DNA of 64,000 nucleotides from Octopus vulgaris (lineage: Eukaryota). The position numbers and the translations under genes are program-made. Shown here piece by piece: positions 1 through 13,036 of the stretch; the stretch's first letter is position 1, and every line of letters starts with the position of its first letter. The stretch is taken from the NCBI GenBank assembly GCA_951406725.2, contig OX597814.1:32550001-32614000 (forward strand), in the 5' to 3' direction. The notes beneath the pieces were generated by a model, which saw only the letters and a program-made list of their open reading frames with translations, was not told the origin of the DNA and did no database searches.

Positions 1-47
1 GCCCTACTGTCCTGAAATCCCTATTCTCGCAGAGAATTTCTTTTGGC

Positions 48-446
48 TTACCCTTTTACTTGTTTCAGTCATTTGACTGCGGCCATGCTGGAGCACCGCC
101 TTTAGTCGAGCAAATCGACCCCGGGACTTATTCTTTGTAAGCCCAGTACTTATTCTATCGGTCTCTTTTTGCCGAACCGTTAAATGACGGGGACGTAAGC
201 ACACCAGCATTGTCAAGCAATGCTAGGGGTACAAACACAGACACACAAACACATATATATATATATATATACACACATATATACGACAGGCTTCTTTCAG
301 TTTCCGTCTACCATATCCACCCACAAGGCATTGGTCGGCCCTGGGCTATAGCAGAAGACACTTGCCCAAGATACCACGCAGTGGGACTGAACCCGGAGCC
401 ATGTGGTTGGTTAGCAAGCTACATACCACACAGCCACTCCTGCGCC
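48..446 (-). mobile_element. tRNA-derived SINE family A, near full length, with internal (CA)/(TA) microsatellite
   Basis: Reverse complement matches the 46455-46857 copy: A-box-like TGGCTGTGTGG, B-box-like GGTTCAGTCC, 3' tail GACTGAAACAAGTAAAAG. Confidence 0.9.
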
Positions 447-946
447 TATGCAATAACGATTTTTAAAGATTCAAATAATCTGGAGCCCATTGTGCTGGTT
501 GCTTTTAATACAGTTTGTGTTGGGCAAGTTCTTTTTTCCCAGTATTTGTTGATCCTGCATTCTTTTAAGTTTGCTCTCAATTCAACTTTTAATCTTTTTC
601 CAGGGGCTCAAACACAAGTCCATAAGTCCATATTAGAAGATTACTCCTGGTTGACTAGAGTCAGACATTCTGACAGAGTATACTTCCCACACAGTGGATT
701 TGTTGGAGATAGGTAAACAAACTGCATGTATTGGTACATGTCAGAACATTAGTCAATTTAGAGCCCTCGAGAGGATGCATTAGTCTAGAATAAGATACTA
801 CGTGTGGGACTAAATGCTTTAGTAGGAGAAGACTATGCGATAAATTGTAAGAAGTTTAATTTGTTAAAGGTTTTGTTATATCATAATGTGAGAGTTATAA
901 CTAGATAGATTGACAGACGCTAGGCAGATTGAGAGATATTTTTCTT

Positions 947-1000
<54 letters not shown>

Positions 1001-1468
1001 CATCCATCCATCTATCTACCTATCTATCTATCTGAAAAGGAAAGTGAGAGTAGAGAGGCAAGTTTTGTCTAGCAAATGTTTCAAAAAAAGATGGGTGAAT
1101 GTAGCAAGGATGGCACTATGAATGACGAAGCCACCTTGAGCATAATCCTATGAACCCAGAAAAAATTTAAAACAGAGAGTTACTTACTTGCAAATAAATG
1201 TGTTAACATGTGACATTATTGACCGAGGTTACCATGGTCTTTCAGTAGGTTTTTCTTTCCACGGATAAACCTCATCTGTTTCCCACTTTACACTTTACAT
1301 CATGACATTTCTGTAATACACGATCCCTATTGATCGTTTTTTTTTACGATCCCTTTTGATCGAAAACCTACCCCCCATTTTTTCCTTTTTTTTTTCTCTC
1401 CAAAAGAAAAGCTCTACTTTGTAATTTGTACCCTCTGCGTTCAGCCCTGTGTGGCTAATAAAGAAACA

Positions 1469-1560
<92 letters not shown>

Positions 1561-1568
1561 CATCTACA

Positions 1569-1620
<52 letters not shown>
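947..1620. repeat. (TATC)n arrays at 947-1033 and 1468-1620 flanking an inserted LINE 3' end
   Basis: Direct reading of tandem TATC. Confidence 0.95.
1032..1467 (+). mobile_element. 5'-truncated LINE 3' end (Tx1/L1-like ORF2 C-terminus plus 3'UTR) inside (TATC)n
   Basis: Translates LKRKVRVERQVLSSKCFKKRWVNVARM, resembling the Tx1/L1 ORF2 end; finishes in CAGCCCTGTGTGGCTAATAAAGAAA; TATC arrays on both sides. Confidence 0.55.
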
Positions 1621-2992
1621 CTTCTGTCTTTCTGTCTTTCAGTCTTTCTGTCTGTCTGTATGCATGTATGTATGTCTGTCTATCTATTCATCTGTTGCCA
1701 TTTAACCGCACAGACATTGTCCTATTCTATACTCTAACCATGTCGCTTGAGATACACCAGTGCATTAGATAAATTAAGTGGTATTTGGCGTGTCTTTTAT
1801 AAAGGTTCTGCTCAAACAAATTTAGGATACTGTTAAACAACACCATTAAGCTAATTTAGAGATACATTGACACAACCTTAAAACCGAGACATTTTGTCCC
1901 CAAAACCTAGTTGATAGGATGTTATAAAACACCGATTTCTAGTTATCCATCGTCATAAAACATTTCACACTCTGTAGGCTTCCATTCAAGTCTGATACAG
2001 ATCATGATCTCGGTACATAAGAGCTTGCCTCTTATTTTGTTGCCTTAACCAAAAGAACAAAGAATATTTCATTCTTTAACCTCTCAGGATTGTTAAGTTA
2101 TTTTTGCAGTAGCAGATGAGAGGCTTCACATTCAATTACACCACATCGTCTAGCTTCGGTAGAACGGGCTTCAATTTGTTTTAAGTTTGGTACTTGCTCT
2201 ATCGATTCTTTTGTTGAACCGCTAAGATACGAAATGTAAACAAAGCAACACCGGTCGTCAAATGATGGCGGTGTGAGATATACAAACATAAAGTCATACA
2301 AATACACATATATCTAATATGTATATACGCACAGTTTCCGTTTACTGCATTCACTCAGAAGGTTTTATTTCATTTAATTAATTAAAATTGCCTAGGTTAT
2401 TTTATCAAGTTCACTAACGACCACTTTATCATTAAATATTTCATAATCTGGAGATTTACTCTTTCTGCCATGTCATAAAGTTTGGAGAACAAATAGTATT
2501 CAAATACCATGTAAATTCTTCAAGTTTCCCAGGATTCAAAATCTTTTCGTATTACGTAAGTCTACTAATTCTGTCTCCAAGCCAACGTTTCTTAATTTGC
2601 GACTTATCTCACATAAGCTTTGCCTTGAAGTAGTTCTCACTTATTCTTAAATACTACTCCAAGGCACTCTTCGGTTGCTCTGTTATATTCTAAATAAACA
2701 CATTAAGCATTCAGTATCATGAAGTGATGTAAACATACTGAAAATATATATAAAATATTTCATTCGCATTTAGCTCTGTTTCTTTATCTGTTTTTATTGG
2801 TTTGCTTTATCTCCTCGTCAATCTTGATTCAGCAAACCTCTGACCAAATGTATACCAACCATGACCACCCTCTGATTTATATGATATTATAAAACTATCT
2901 TATTCAATGTGCTATTTCTTGTTTAATATGTTCGATTCTCTAGTTGGAATTGTTTTCCATGAGAAGTAAGCGCTGCTAAAATTGATGATGTA

Positions 2993-3230
2993 CAGGGATG
3001 GGTAACTTTTCTTCAACTGGGGGCCGCATCGTACCATTTTCAAGTGGGAGAGAGCCGCATGTTTAAACACATATGCATGAAATATCACTTGCCCACTTTA
3101 CCCTGAATTTTTTTCAGATCTTAATTTTATTTGTTTTAGAATGAAAGTTTATTTGTCTCAGTCCAAAATATTATTTGTCGTAGTATGAAATTAGAAACCT
3201 TGAAACTCGTTGAGGGCCGCACCAAAACAT
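2993..3230 (+). mobile_element. hAT-like non-autonomous DNA transposon end fragment
   Basis: Starts CAGGGATGGGTAAC with repeated subterminal GGGCCGCA/GAGCCGCA motifs typical of hAT (Charlie-like) ends; the other terminus was not found. Confidence 0.45.
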
Positions 3231-3439
3231 GTCTAAACCAAGAAAATTGCATTAATTAAAACGTACTGTGGTTAGAACACTATATAAATGACACGTTCTG
3301 GTAAAATTTAAGACAAAACTAAAATTGCAATTAATTAAAATTAGTTAAATATGAAATATAAATGGTAGTCAGTCTCATTTTTATCAGTACGGTCACAACC
3401 CCATACAAGTATCAGTCACAAAAAGGCTTGCTACGTGCA

Positions 3440-4150
3440 GATTACGCTACCATGCTATCCATTCTTTTCAGCAACCTAATACTGATTATTTTGGCCGTGC
3501 CAATGAGGCAAAACATTTGTAACAATTCTACTGGGCACTCTATTCCAATTTCCTTTATATTGCCCTTGATGCCTTCTGATATTGTTCTCAAGGATCCAAC
3601 AATTATTAGCACTATCTTCACCTTATTCATTTTCATAGCCAGGCTATTACGCACTTAAGAGGGTTATATTTATCTATCTTTTCGCCTTCATTCTTGACTA
3701 TTCGTGGGTCAAAGGGGGCATGCAAAGTCAACTTTATAGCATATGTAGTATATCTTGTCCAACACCACTAGGTCCGCTCTGTTATGCTCTAACACCTAAT
3801 CTGTTTGTATTGGGAAATCCCAAAGAATGTTGCTTGTCTCGGATTCTGTCACTCTCTGCGGTTTGTGCTCATACCACGTTTTGCCTCTCTCTGGTCTCCG
3901 CTTTTCGCACAGTTTCCAATGTAGCACTTTCGCTGTCTGATCGTGTCACCATAACTTGTAGTGGTTTTGGGCAAGTCTAGAGCATTCGTACGTGATATGG
4001 GAACAAGTTTCACCCACTCTATTGCAGATGCAGCACAGACACTCCAGTTCGTGGACAAAGCTTGGTTTTGCGCTGCCAGTATATTGCTCTCGGTCTCTTT
4101 TTTTTTAGTGTTCCTTTCATCAGCCAATCCCACCCATTTTTTTGCAGCAA
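3440..4150 (-). pseudogene. R4/Dong-like LINE remnant, C-terminal restriction-like endonuclease region, frameshifted
   Basis: Minus-strand motifs ESNILAAQNQALSTN, WYEHKP, LWDF, DFACP, IVGSLRTIS, LIGTAKII. Confidence 0.8.
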
Positions 4151-4189
4151 CTTCTGTTGTGGCTGCATGGAATTATTATAATTATTGTT

Positions 4190-4340
4190 GTTGTTATTTT
4201 ATTGTCCTTGCAGTGCTTCAAATCCTGGAGATGTACTACGGTGTCAGTTGTCACTACCAGCGAACTAAAGTAACAGCCCTTATTTTCCGAGCACTACCCG
4301 GAGTACTCGAGCGGTTCCAAACAGTGCTGCTTTCTGCATA
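4190..4340 (-). mobile_element. 3' end of the same R4/Dong-like LINE family as 19283-19760, between (TAA)-type arrays
   Basis: Reverse complement CAGAAAGCAGCACTGTTTGGAACCGCTC...AAAATAAG...GGTAGTGACAACTGACACCGTAG aligns with 19643-19745. Confidence 0.75.
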
Positions 4341-4345
4341 ATTAC

Positions 4346-4415
<70 letters not shown>

Positions 4416-4477
4416 TAAGGCGGTGAGCTGACAGAATTGTTAGACGAAATGCTTAGCTATATTTTATCCGTGACTAC

Positions 4478-4767
<290 letters not shown>

Positions 4768-5038
4768 GCATGTCTGAAGGAGATTTTGCTTCCAAAATCG
4801 GTGTCTGTGAAGGTCAAAGATTTGGTTGCTATTTCTTGTATGGCGAGGGTTTTCGTAACAATTCCTTTTCTTGTATTTTGTATCTATCTGTTCCACTGAA
4901 TGAGTGGTCTATATGCACCCTCTACGTGTAATTTGTGTATGATGATGTGATGCGATATGAAGTGTGCTATTTTGTATTCACCGTAGTTTATTCCGGTTCA
5001 ATAACGTCAGCATGGATCTCCTGATAGGTTTGTGGTTA

Positions 5039-5436
5039 TCTTTATATATAAAAGAGGGGTTGTGTGTCTGTCTCCTACGATTTAGATTCCTAACTACTCC
5101 CACATTTTGCGGTGCAGTTCAATCAAAACCGGGTATCTTATAGTCGTGATTCATATCGAGCCCTTCTGGGTATTAGCGCGCGTCTACGATGAGTCTATGA
5201 TTTTTTTTTAATTTACCATCATTTTTTTCCATTTTGATGCATTTTTTCGCTATTATATAAGGGAAGTAACTCTTTAAAAATGTGTACGATGAGTCAACGA
5301 TTTAAAAAAAAAATTACCATCATTTTCTTTTCCATTTTTAATGCATTTTTTTGCTATTTTTGGGCTATAACTCTCTAAAAATGCTTATATAGTTATTTCC
5401 CTTACAAACCCGAGCAACGCCGGGCGATACTGCTAC
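5039..5436 (+). mobile_element. Non-autonomous Helitron-like element
   Basis: A|TC 5' end (TCTTTATATATAAAAG), subterminal hairpin CCCGAGCAACGCCGGG, 3' end CTAC|T (decayed CTAG), no TSD, internal ~95-bp tandem duplication; second copy at 53281-53676. Confidence 0.8.
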
Positions 5437-5673
5437 TTCATTATACACTGAATATCATCTTTACAAACGATTGTTATTGGTTATCTCTATAGGCTGATGA
5501 TGTGTCTGTCAATAATCTAACGATGTTTATGCGTTAATTTCCTTTCCCTTACTACTTATCTTTACGTGTGTTGTAAATATTGTGCGAATGTAACTCCTAG
5601 TATGTGTATGTGTTGATTTTTCATAGTATTTTCATAGTTATTAGAGTTTATTGTTCTCTGGTGCTGTTAGTGT

Positions 5674-5955
5674 GAAGGTGAGTGGTTTAGTGGTCAGTGT
5701 ATTCCGCTCACGAACGTAAGGTCGTGAGTCCAGTTCCCGTTAGCGCGTTGTGTCAGCTGGTAAAAATAAGTTGTACCAGTAGTTCAATAGGCTAGCCTTG
5801 TCGCATTCGATGTGTCACTCTGAATCTCTCTAAGGATTGCGTTATGGGTCAGCTTGTCTGTGGAGTGCTCAGCCACTTGCACGTTAATTTCACGGTTGAA
5901 CCGTTCCGTTGATCGATTCAACTAGAACAATAGTGGTCATCACAGACAGAGTGTC
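5674..5955 (+). mobile_element. Old, diverged SINE sharing the SINE-B 3' half
   Basis: tRNA-like head TGGTTTAGTGG; shares TGTGGAGTGCTCAGCCACTTGCACGTTAATTTCACG with SINE-B. Confidence 0.7.
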
Positions 5956-6212
5956 TAGCTGGGTGTTGTTAGTAATATGAGAATAAGGGATTTGGGAAAT
6001 CTTTAGAGTGAACCAAGCGTTTGAGGGATTCATGTAACGTTGTTTAGGTTGTGGGCATCGTCTGACTGAGTTTGAGATATCATCTGCTTCTATAACTGAC
6101 AGTATGTTGTTGTTTCGTCCCCAGATTTGCCCTGACCGAACGAATCATGATCAAAACAAAATCCAGCTGTGGCCATTATGCTTTTTTTTTTCTTCCTGTG
6201 TACAGAGAATCT

Positions 6213-6979
6213 TATTTCTTTACTGTCTGCAAGGGGCTACATACTGAGGGAACAAAGAGAGACAAACGGATTGAGTCGATTATATCGACCCCAGTGCGTA
6301 ACTGGTACTTATTTAATCGACCCCGAAAGGATGAGAGGGAAAGTCGGCATCGGCGGAATTTGAACTCAGAACGTGGCGGTAGACAAATACCTATTTCTTT
6401 ACTACCCATAAGGGGCTAAATACAGAGGGGACAAACAAGGACATATAAACTGATTAAGTCGATTATATCGACCCCAGTGCACAACTATTACTTATTTAAT
6501 CGACCCCGAAAGGATGAAAGGCAAAGTCGGCCTCGGCGGAATTTGAACTCAGAACGTGGCAGTAGGCAAATACCTATTTCTTTACTACCCACAAGGGGCT
6601 AAATACAGAGGGGACAAACAAGGACATATAAACAGATTAAGTCGATTATATCGACCCCAGTGCACAACTGGTACTTATTTAATCGACTCCGAAAGGATGA
6701 AAGGGAAAGTCGACCACGGTAGAATTTGAACTCAGAACATAGCGGCAGACGAAATACCTATTTCTTTATTACCCACAAGGGGCTAAACACAGGGGACAAA
6801 CAAGGACAGACATAGGTATTAAGCCGATTACATCGACCCCAGTGCGTAACTGGTACTTAATTTATTGACCCCAAAAGGATGAAAGGCAAAGTCGACCTCG
6901 GCGGAATTTGAACTCACAACGTAACGCAGATGAAATACCGCTAAGCATTTCACCCGGCGTGCTAACGTTTCTGCCAGCT
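6213..6979 (-). mobile_element. SINE-C tandem tetramer (one head plus four ~180-bp body/tail units) inside one 10-bp TSD
   Basis: Units start near 6213, 6392, 6574 and 6759; CAGAGAATCT at 6203-6212 and 6980-6989. Confidence 0.9.
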
Positions 6980-7954
6980 CAGAGAATCTAATCCCGGATC
7001 ATATTGTCTAACAACGTGTCTTTCTTTGTGATGGTTCGATATGATTGAAGGGACTTTTGTTTGCTATATCTAACATGCCGATTGCACTTCGTAGGTTTGA
7101 GTTGCATTTATGCGCGTTTTGAAGATGTGTGGAAGGATCATATTGATATAGGTTAGCTAGACCTGGCAGAAGCGACAATCGCGCATGATTTTAAATTCAC
7201 CCTACTTTCATGAATTTGATAGTGATGGTATTGAAGACGACGACGACAACGACGATGATGATCATAAAGAGGAGGAAGTGGAGGTTTAGCAGCAATAGCC
7301 GCAACGGTGACGTCGCTGATCCAGTAGGTGATACTGGTGATGTTGGTGATGCTGGTGGTGCTGGTGAACGAAGATATTGACGAATAAATCGAAACAGGAG
7401 ATAGGAAAATAAATGTGATTGAGGGAATTCAATGTAGGTGAGGTTGGTGGTAGCAGAGACGGAGCTAGACGAGAGTGACAGAATTAGAAAAAGAAAGAGG
7501 AAGAAGAGGAGGAAGGGGAGGAGGAGGAGGAGGAGGGGGGAGGAAGGGAAGGTAGGGGAAGAAGTAAAACCTAATTGAATTCAGTTGTGTAGATTTACAG
7601 AGTATCACTTCATTTTTTTTTTTTTTTTTTTTGTTTGTTTACATGTAAACATCTTCAGAAGAGACGGCTACGATAAGAGTATCAGTGATCAAAGGAAATG
7701 AAACTTTTGTTTACTACCCCCTCCCTTCCTTTAAAATTTTTAAAATTCTTTCGCTTGTTGTTTGCCCCGAAGGCATGAGAGCTAACTAACTGAATGGTTT
7801 ATGTATGCTTATGAATACACACATACACACGCACGCTTGCACACCCACTCAAACGTGCGCTTATACACACACACACACACACATACGAATATACATATAC
7901 ATATATATACATTTATATACACACATATATATATATACATACATATATATGGAC

Positions 7955-7987
<33 letters not shown>

Positions 7988-8044
7988 AGTGTAGATATAC
8001 ACGTGTGTGTACATATGTGCGTATGTATCACACACATGCACACA

Positions 8045-8079
<35 letters not shown>

Positions 8080-8091
8080 CTATATATATAT

Positions 8092-8169
<78 letters not shown>

Positions 8170-9304
8170 TTCTGTTTCCTATATTTTGCGGTAAATAAAA
8201 TAGCGGCATACTTTTCTATTGAACACACTTGACAGTTCTGTACATCTATAATACCAGCAAAAATCACACTTTTACAACTAAAATGTCCATAGAAGCTAAG
8301 CTAGCTCTTAAATGCCATTGGGCACTGTTAAAATACATTTTGTTTTTGTTTTCTTGTTGTTTTTTTTTATACTTTGAATTTTATCTTCATTTCACATCAA
8401 TTAAATTTCAGCAATACATTAGCACCTTGTAAAGTTAGTTAAGATGAATGAAGTACGGTGTTTGAAAGCGAAAGAAAATTCCCATTTTAAGTTACATGTC
8501 TGAAAAAAAAAAAAAACGATAACAGAAAATATAAGAGCTGATAGAGTTGGACGAATGATGTTAGCTCAAAAGTAGAAAAAGACTTTTATAATGTGTAAGG
8601 AAAAAGAATTATCAAATGCGTATATTCTGTGCACCTTCTTTATTCCTTGGTTCAAAATTCATACTTCTAATCTAAAAGCTATTGTCTCCTCTACGATAGC
8701 GGACCACCACCAGGAAACACCACGTCACGTAGTCCACGTCCAGAAAGGAAGAAAGATATGTAAAATAACGGATCAGCTCAAGACTAAAACATGTTATCTT
8801 TTTAAATATGTCAGTTAAAAGTTGACCCTGAGTCCGAGATAGTACCTTAATGGGCTTTTTTAGTTTGTTTCTTTTTAATGAAATCTGCGGGAGAAAAGGC
8901 AAGTGAAGATTGATTTTAGAAGTGACTCGCTGTGTGATCAGATAGATATTTTTGGCATTCAGTTTGAAAATTTTTGAGCTGGCTTTTGGAAGGAAAAGTA
9001 GGAGTGTGTGAAGATTCATATAGTTAAAAATTAAGGACAAATTTTTCTTTGCTAGTTTTGAAATGAGACGTACTGTGAAAGTGGTAGGAAAAGAAGCAAG
9101 AAAATGAACCAGGTGGGGGAATCTTTTTTCTAATGGAGGTATTCGACTGTTTGATTTGATCAATTACATTTGTGCACCTGAAATTAAAGCTTTCGGGTAC
9201 TTCACAGACAGCCAGATTTGTTAAAACGTAACACTCAGGTCAAATCAGCGAGACAGTTTGTGACATGGCTGGACCATTGATATACATCTGGTATAAAGAA
9301 GAGG

Positions 9305-9307
<3 letters not shown>

Positions 9308-9337
<30 letters not shown>

Positions 9338-9408
9338 AAGAAGAAGAAGAAGAAGAAGAAGAAGAAGAAGAAGAAGAAGAAGAAGAAGAAGAAGAAGAAG
9401 AAGAAGAA
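9308..9408. repeat. (GAA)n microsatellite
   Basis: Direct reading. Confidence 0.97.
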
Positions 9409-9615
9409 AAATTCGGACACACTAAAGGAGAAATGCTATATTTATTGACACCGAAGAATAAAAGTTAAATTTGACTCTAGCGAGATTTGAACTTCGATAA
9501 AATCTCACTAAAAAGTTACATTAAAAAATATGCAATGCAAAACGCTAGGGCTGAGAGGAAACAGTATGGTTGGTATTCAACTGCTTATACCGTTTTTTCT
9601 TCGGTAGTAGTGGAT

Positions 9616-9997
9616 TGGAAGCATTCCGTCGGTTACGATGATGAGGGTTCCGGTTGATCCGACCAACGGAACAGCCTGCTCGTGAAATTAACGTGTAAGT
9701 GGCTGAGCACTCCACAGACACGTGTACCCTCAACGTAGTTCTCGGGGATATTCAGCGTGACACAGAGAGTGACAAGGCTGACCCTTTGAAATACAGGTAC
9801 AACAGAAACAGGAAGTAAGAGTGAGAGAAATTTGTGGTGAAAGAGTACAGCAGGGATCACCACATTCCCCTGCCGGAGCATCGTGGAGCTTTAAGTGTTT
9901 TCGCTCAATAAACACTCACAACGCCCGGTCTGGGAATCGAAACCGCGATCCTACGACCGCGAGTCCGCTGCCCTAACCACTGGGCCATTGCGCCTCC
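9616..9997 (-). mobile_element. tRNA(Arg)-like SINE family B, full length
   Basis: Head GGAGGCGCAATGGCCCAGTGGTTAGGGCAGCGGACTCGCGG with B-box GTTTCGATTCC; TSD-like TCTTCGGTAGT on both sides. Confidence 0.92.
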
Positions 9998-10356
9998 TCT
10001 TCGGTAGTTGTAGCTGCAGCAACAGTAGCGGCAACAGCCCTATTATAAAAAGTAACCGAGTCATATTTTTCCCGACATAATGTAACCCGAACTACACAGT
10101 ACAGTACGTACTTCGGTTTTAAAACGCTAGTGTATGATTTCAGGGCGACTTGGCTGCTTAGTTATCAAATATCGTACGGCCACATTGTTAGATTTTGTAT
10201 GTACAGCATTATTTTAGTTTAATATGGTTCAAATTAGAAACGTTGCTATGCTGTACAGGTCAGTGCAGGTGTACGGTTTCAGCAGACGTGACGTATCACG
10301 ACCGCCAGCGATGTTGCATACATTCACATACATGTGTGTGTGTGTGTGTGTATCAA

Positions 10357-10357
10357 C

Positions 10358-10410
<53 letters not shown>

Positions 10411-10424
10411 TAATAATAATAATA

Positions 10425-10474
<50 letters not shown>

Positions 10475-10503
10475 AATAATAATAATAATAATAATAATGA
10501 TAA
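10357..10503. repeat. Compound (AAT)n/(GAT)n microsatellite
   Basis: Direct reading. Confidence 0.95.
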
Positions 10504-10504
10504 G

Positions 10505-10675
10505 TTGCAAAATACAGCTGCCTAAGGTGCGCTGGTGGATATATTAATTTATTTTGCCATTGTTCAAGCTGAAAAACAAGACGGATTGTTTTATAATTGT
10601 TTTTTCATTAGCTTGAAAAATGGCGAAATAAATTAATATTCCGACCAGGGAACCGCGGGTAGCCGTATTTCACAA
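10505..10675. mobile_element. Palindromic MITE-like foldback (~70-bp imperfect arms)
   Basis: AAATACAGCTGCC...ATATTAATTTATTTTGCCATTGTTCAAGCT is the near reverse complement of AGCTTGAAAAATGGCGAAATAAATTAATATT...GGTAGCCGTATTT. Confidence 0.65.
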
Positions 10676-11109
10676 AATTTGTGGCTTTTATTAGAGTAAT
10701 ATATTTAATCTCTTAGCTAATCGGGTGCTATACTACTTGTTGAAGCCTTATATACAACCATGACGAATTTAGGGCTGAGAATTGCCTGGATGTGGATGCC
10801 ATTTTGAGACAAAGGAAAGCTCACAAAATCAATATAAATGATTATATAAATGTGAAATATAAAGTTTCTTTGGAAATTGGTGTTGGAACGTGTGTCATAC
10901 ATAGCTATAGTCGCCACAGATATGTCTTTGGGTTCGCTTTTGTGTAGGTGTGTGCGTGCTTCTGTGTTTCATTAAATGGAAGACTATATTCAACTGTTCC
11001 GGTTTCAGTTCCACAGAATGGCAACTTGGACATATACATCGCTGGGTCGACCATACATATATCTCTGGAACGACCACATATATCTCCGGACCGACCATAT
11101 ATATTATCT

Positions 11110-11163
11110 GTAGGCCGACCAAAGCTTATAGAATTTGGAAGCGGGCACTGAAAGGAAACACGT

Positions 11164-11230
<67 letters not shown>

Positions 11231-11430
11231 CTATGTGTTTGTGTGTGTCTTTGTGATTGTGTTGTCCCACACCACCGCTTGATAACCGGTGCTGGTGTGT
11301 TTACGCCCACGTAACTTAGCTGTTCCACAAAAGGAATCGATAGAATAATAAATACCAAAGTCGATTCATTCGACTAAAGCTCTTTAAGTAGGTGATCTAG
11401 TGCGACCGTATTTTATCGACTGAAACAAGC
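11110..11430 (+). mobile_element. SINE-A, 5'-truncated and diverged, with long internal (GT)n
   Basis: GGCCGACCAAAGC...GCTGGTGTGTTTACG...GACTGAAACAAG. Confidence 0.75.
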
Positions 11431-12990
11431 ACACCACACACATACACACATACACACACACATACATGATGGTCATGTCTTTACCAGTCAAAATCGAGTC
11501 AAGATTGGAGAGGAATTAAATGAGGCTTAGTTTGCTTATAGCTTTCGTCTCTAATCGAAGATACTCACTACGAGATATACGTAATGTGAATATTACTTTT
11601 TTTACACTAAAAGAAATGTAGATACGTAGACAGGAACGCGGAAAGATAGAGGAAGAAAGAGTAGAAACATAGAAAGCGAGGAAAAGCCTGCATGACAAAT
11701 AACTGAAAGAGCTATACACATACATAATACATACACAGATGCACAGAGACAGACAGACAGACAGGCAGTCAGACAGAGAAAGTGAGAGAGATAACAATAG
11801 ATAGTATTCAGTTGTCAAAGGAGCTATCCGTAACTAAACACGTTGCAACATTGTATTCAAGAAGACAGAAAGAGAAAACACGCGCACATACACACACACA
11901 TGTACATATGCACACATGAATACACACGCATTTGTTGTCTGTATGTGTGCCAGTATATATATATATATAAATGCGTGTGTATTTGTGTCTCGAAGTGAGA
12001 GTGTTTGTGAGTGCATGTGTGTGTTTGTGTTTGTGTACGTGTGTGTGTGCGTGTGTGCGTGTGTGCGTGTGTGTGTGCGTGTGTGTGTGTGTATGTGTGG
12101 TTGTGTGTGTGTGTGATAGCGAGCGCATAAGTGAATACTCTACCACGCGTGTGTATATATGTGTCCTTGTGTTTATTTTTGATTAGCGAAATTAAGAAAG
12201 GCAGTTGACAGTTCTCTAGCGAGTCTCCCTTTTGAGAAGATGAAAATGAAAAGAAAGATGGCGATAAAGCGAAGAAGAAAGACAGAGAGGGAGAGCAAAA
12301 GTGTTAGAGAAAATGAAAGGGAGAATTAATAAAAGGAAGAAAAAGAAAGGGAAACAGTCAGTAAGAGGTGAATGAATTTTATATCTCAAATGCCGAAAAT
12401 ATCTTCAAGGTATTTTTAATGGTGCTGCCAAACTCGTTGACATCTTCTGCTTAAGGCGAGATTAATTGTCGAATATATTCACTTCACGTTTGAACAATTG
12501 AGAAAGATCGGTGTCAAGCGTAGTACAAATTGAAATACGAAATTGCGAAGAAACGACGTCTGATAAGGCACAAGGTTACCTTTTGTGTGATGCAGTGAAT
12601 AGGAGACACAATAATAGAGCGTTGGGTATTACTGGTACTTCATTAACAATAGCGTTGTTTATCTAATTTAGATTTAGAAGAACTAACTTTATTTCGCTCC
12701 TACACTGCCAGATAAATTACTTACCTGAGCTGTAATTGCACATGCACGCGCTCAAACATACATACATTCATATACACGTATATTCTTTTGTTCTTTATTC
12801 TTTTACTTGTTTCAGTCATTTGACTGCGGTCATGCTGGAGTACCACCTTTTGTCGAGCAAATCGATCCCAGGACTTATTCTTTGTAAGCCTAGTTTCTAT
12901 TGCCGAACTGCTAAGTTACGGGGACGTAAAAACACCAGCATCGGTTGTCAAACACACACACGTATATTCGACACACACGCACACATATAC

Positions 12991-13036
<46 letters not shown>

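Noticed and set aside
450-900. Possible old LINE coding remnant (also 2390-2700)
   Set aside because: No diagnostic motif could be read with confidence
6213-6979. Regularly spaced repeats resembling a CRISPR array
   Set aside because: Entire ~180-bp units repeat with no unique spacers; eukaryotic SINE multimer; no cas genes
8672-9163. 163-aa minus-strand ORF in unique sequence
   Set aside because: No recognisable motif or splice context; composition fits a chance AT-rich ORF; origin of 8230-9300 left unexplained
9920-9997. tRNA-Arg(TCG)-like sequences here and at 13905, 22860, 37303 and 57902
   Set aside because: They are SINE heads with no proper acceptor stem and continue into SINE bodies; not tRNA genes
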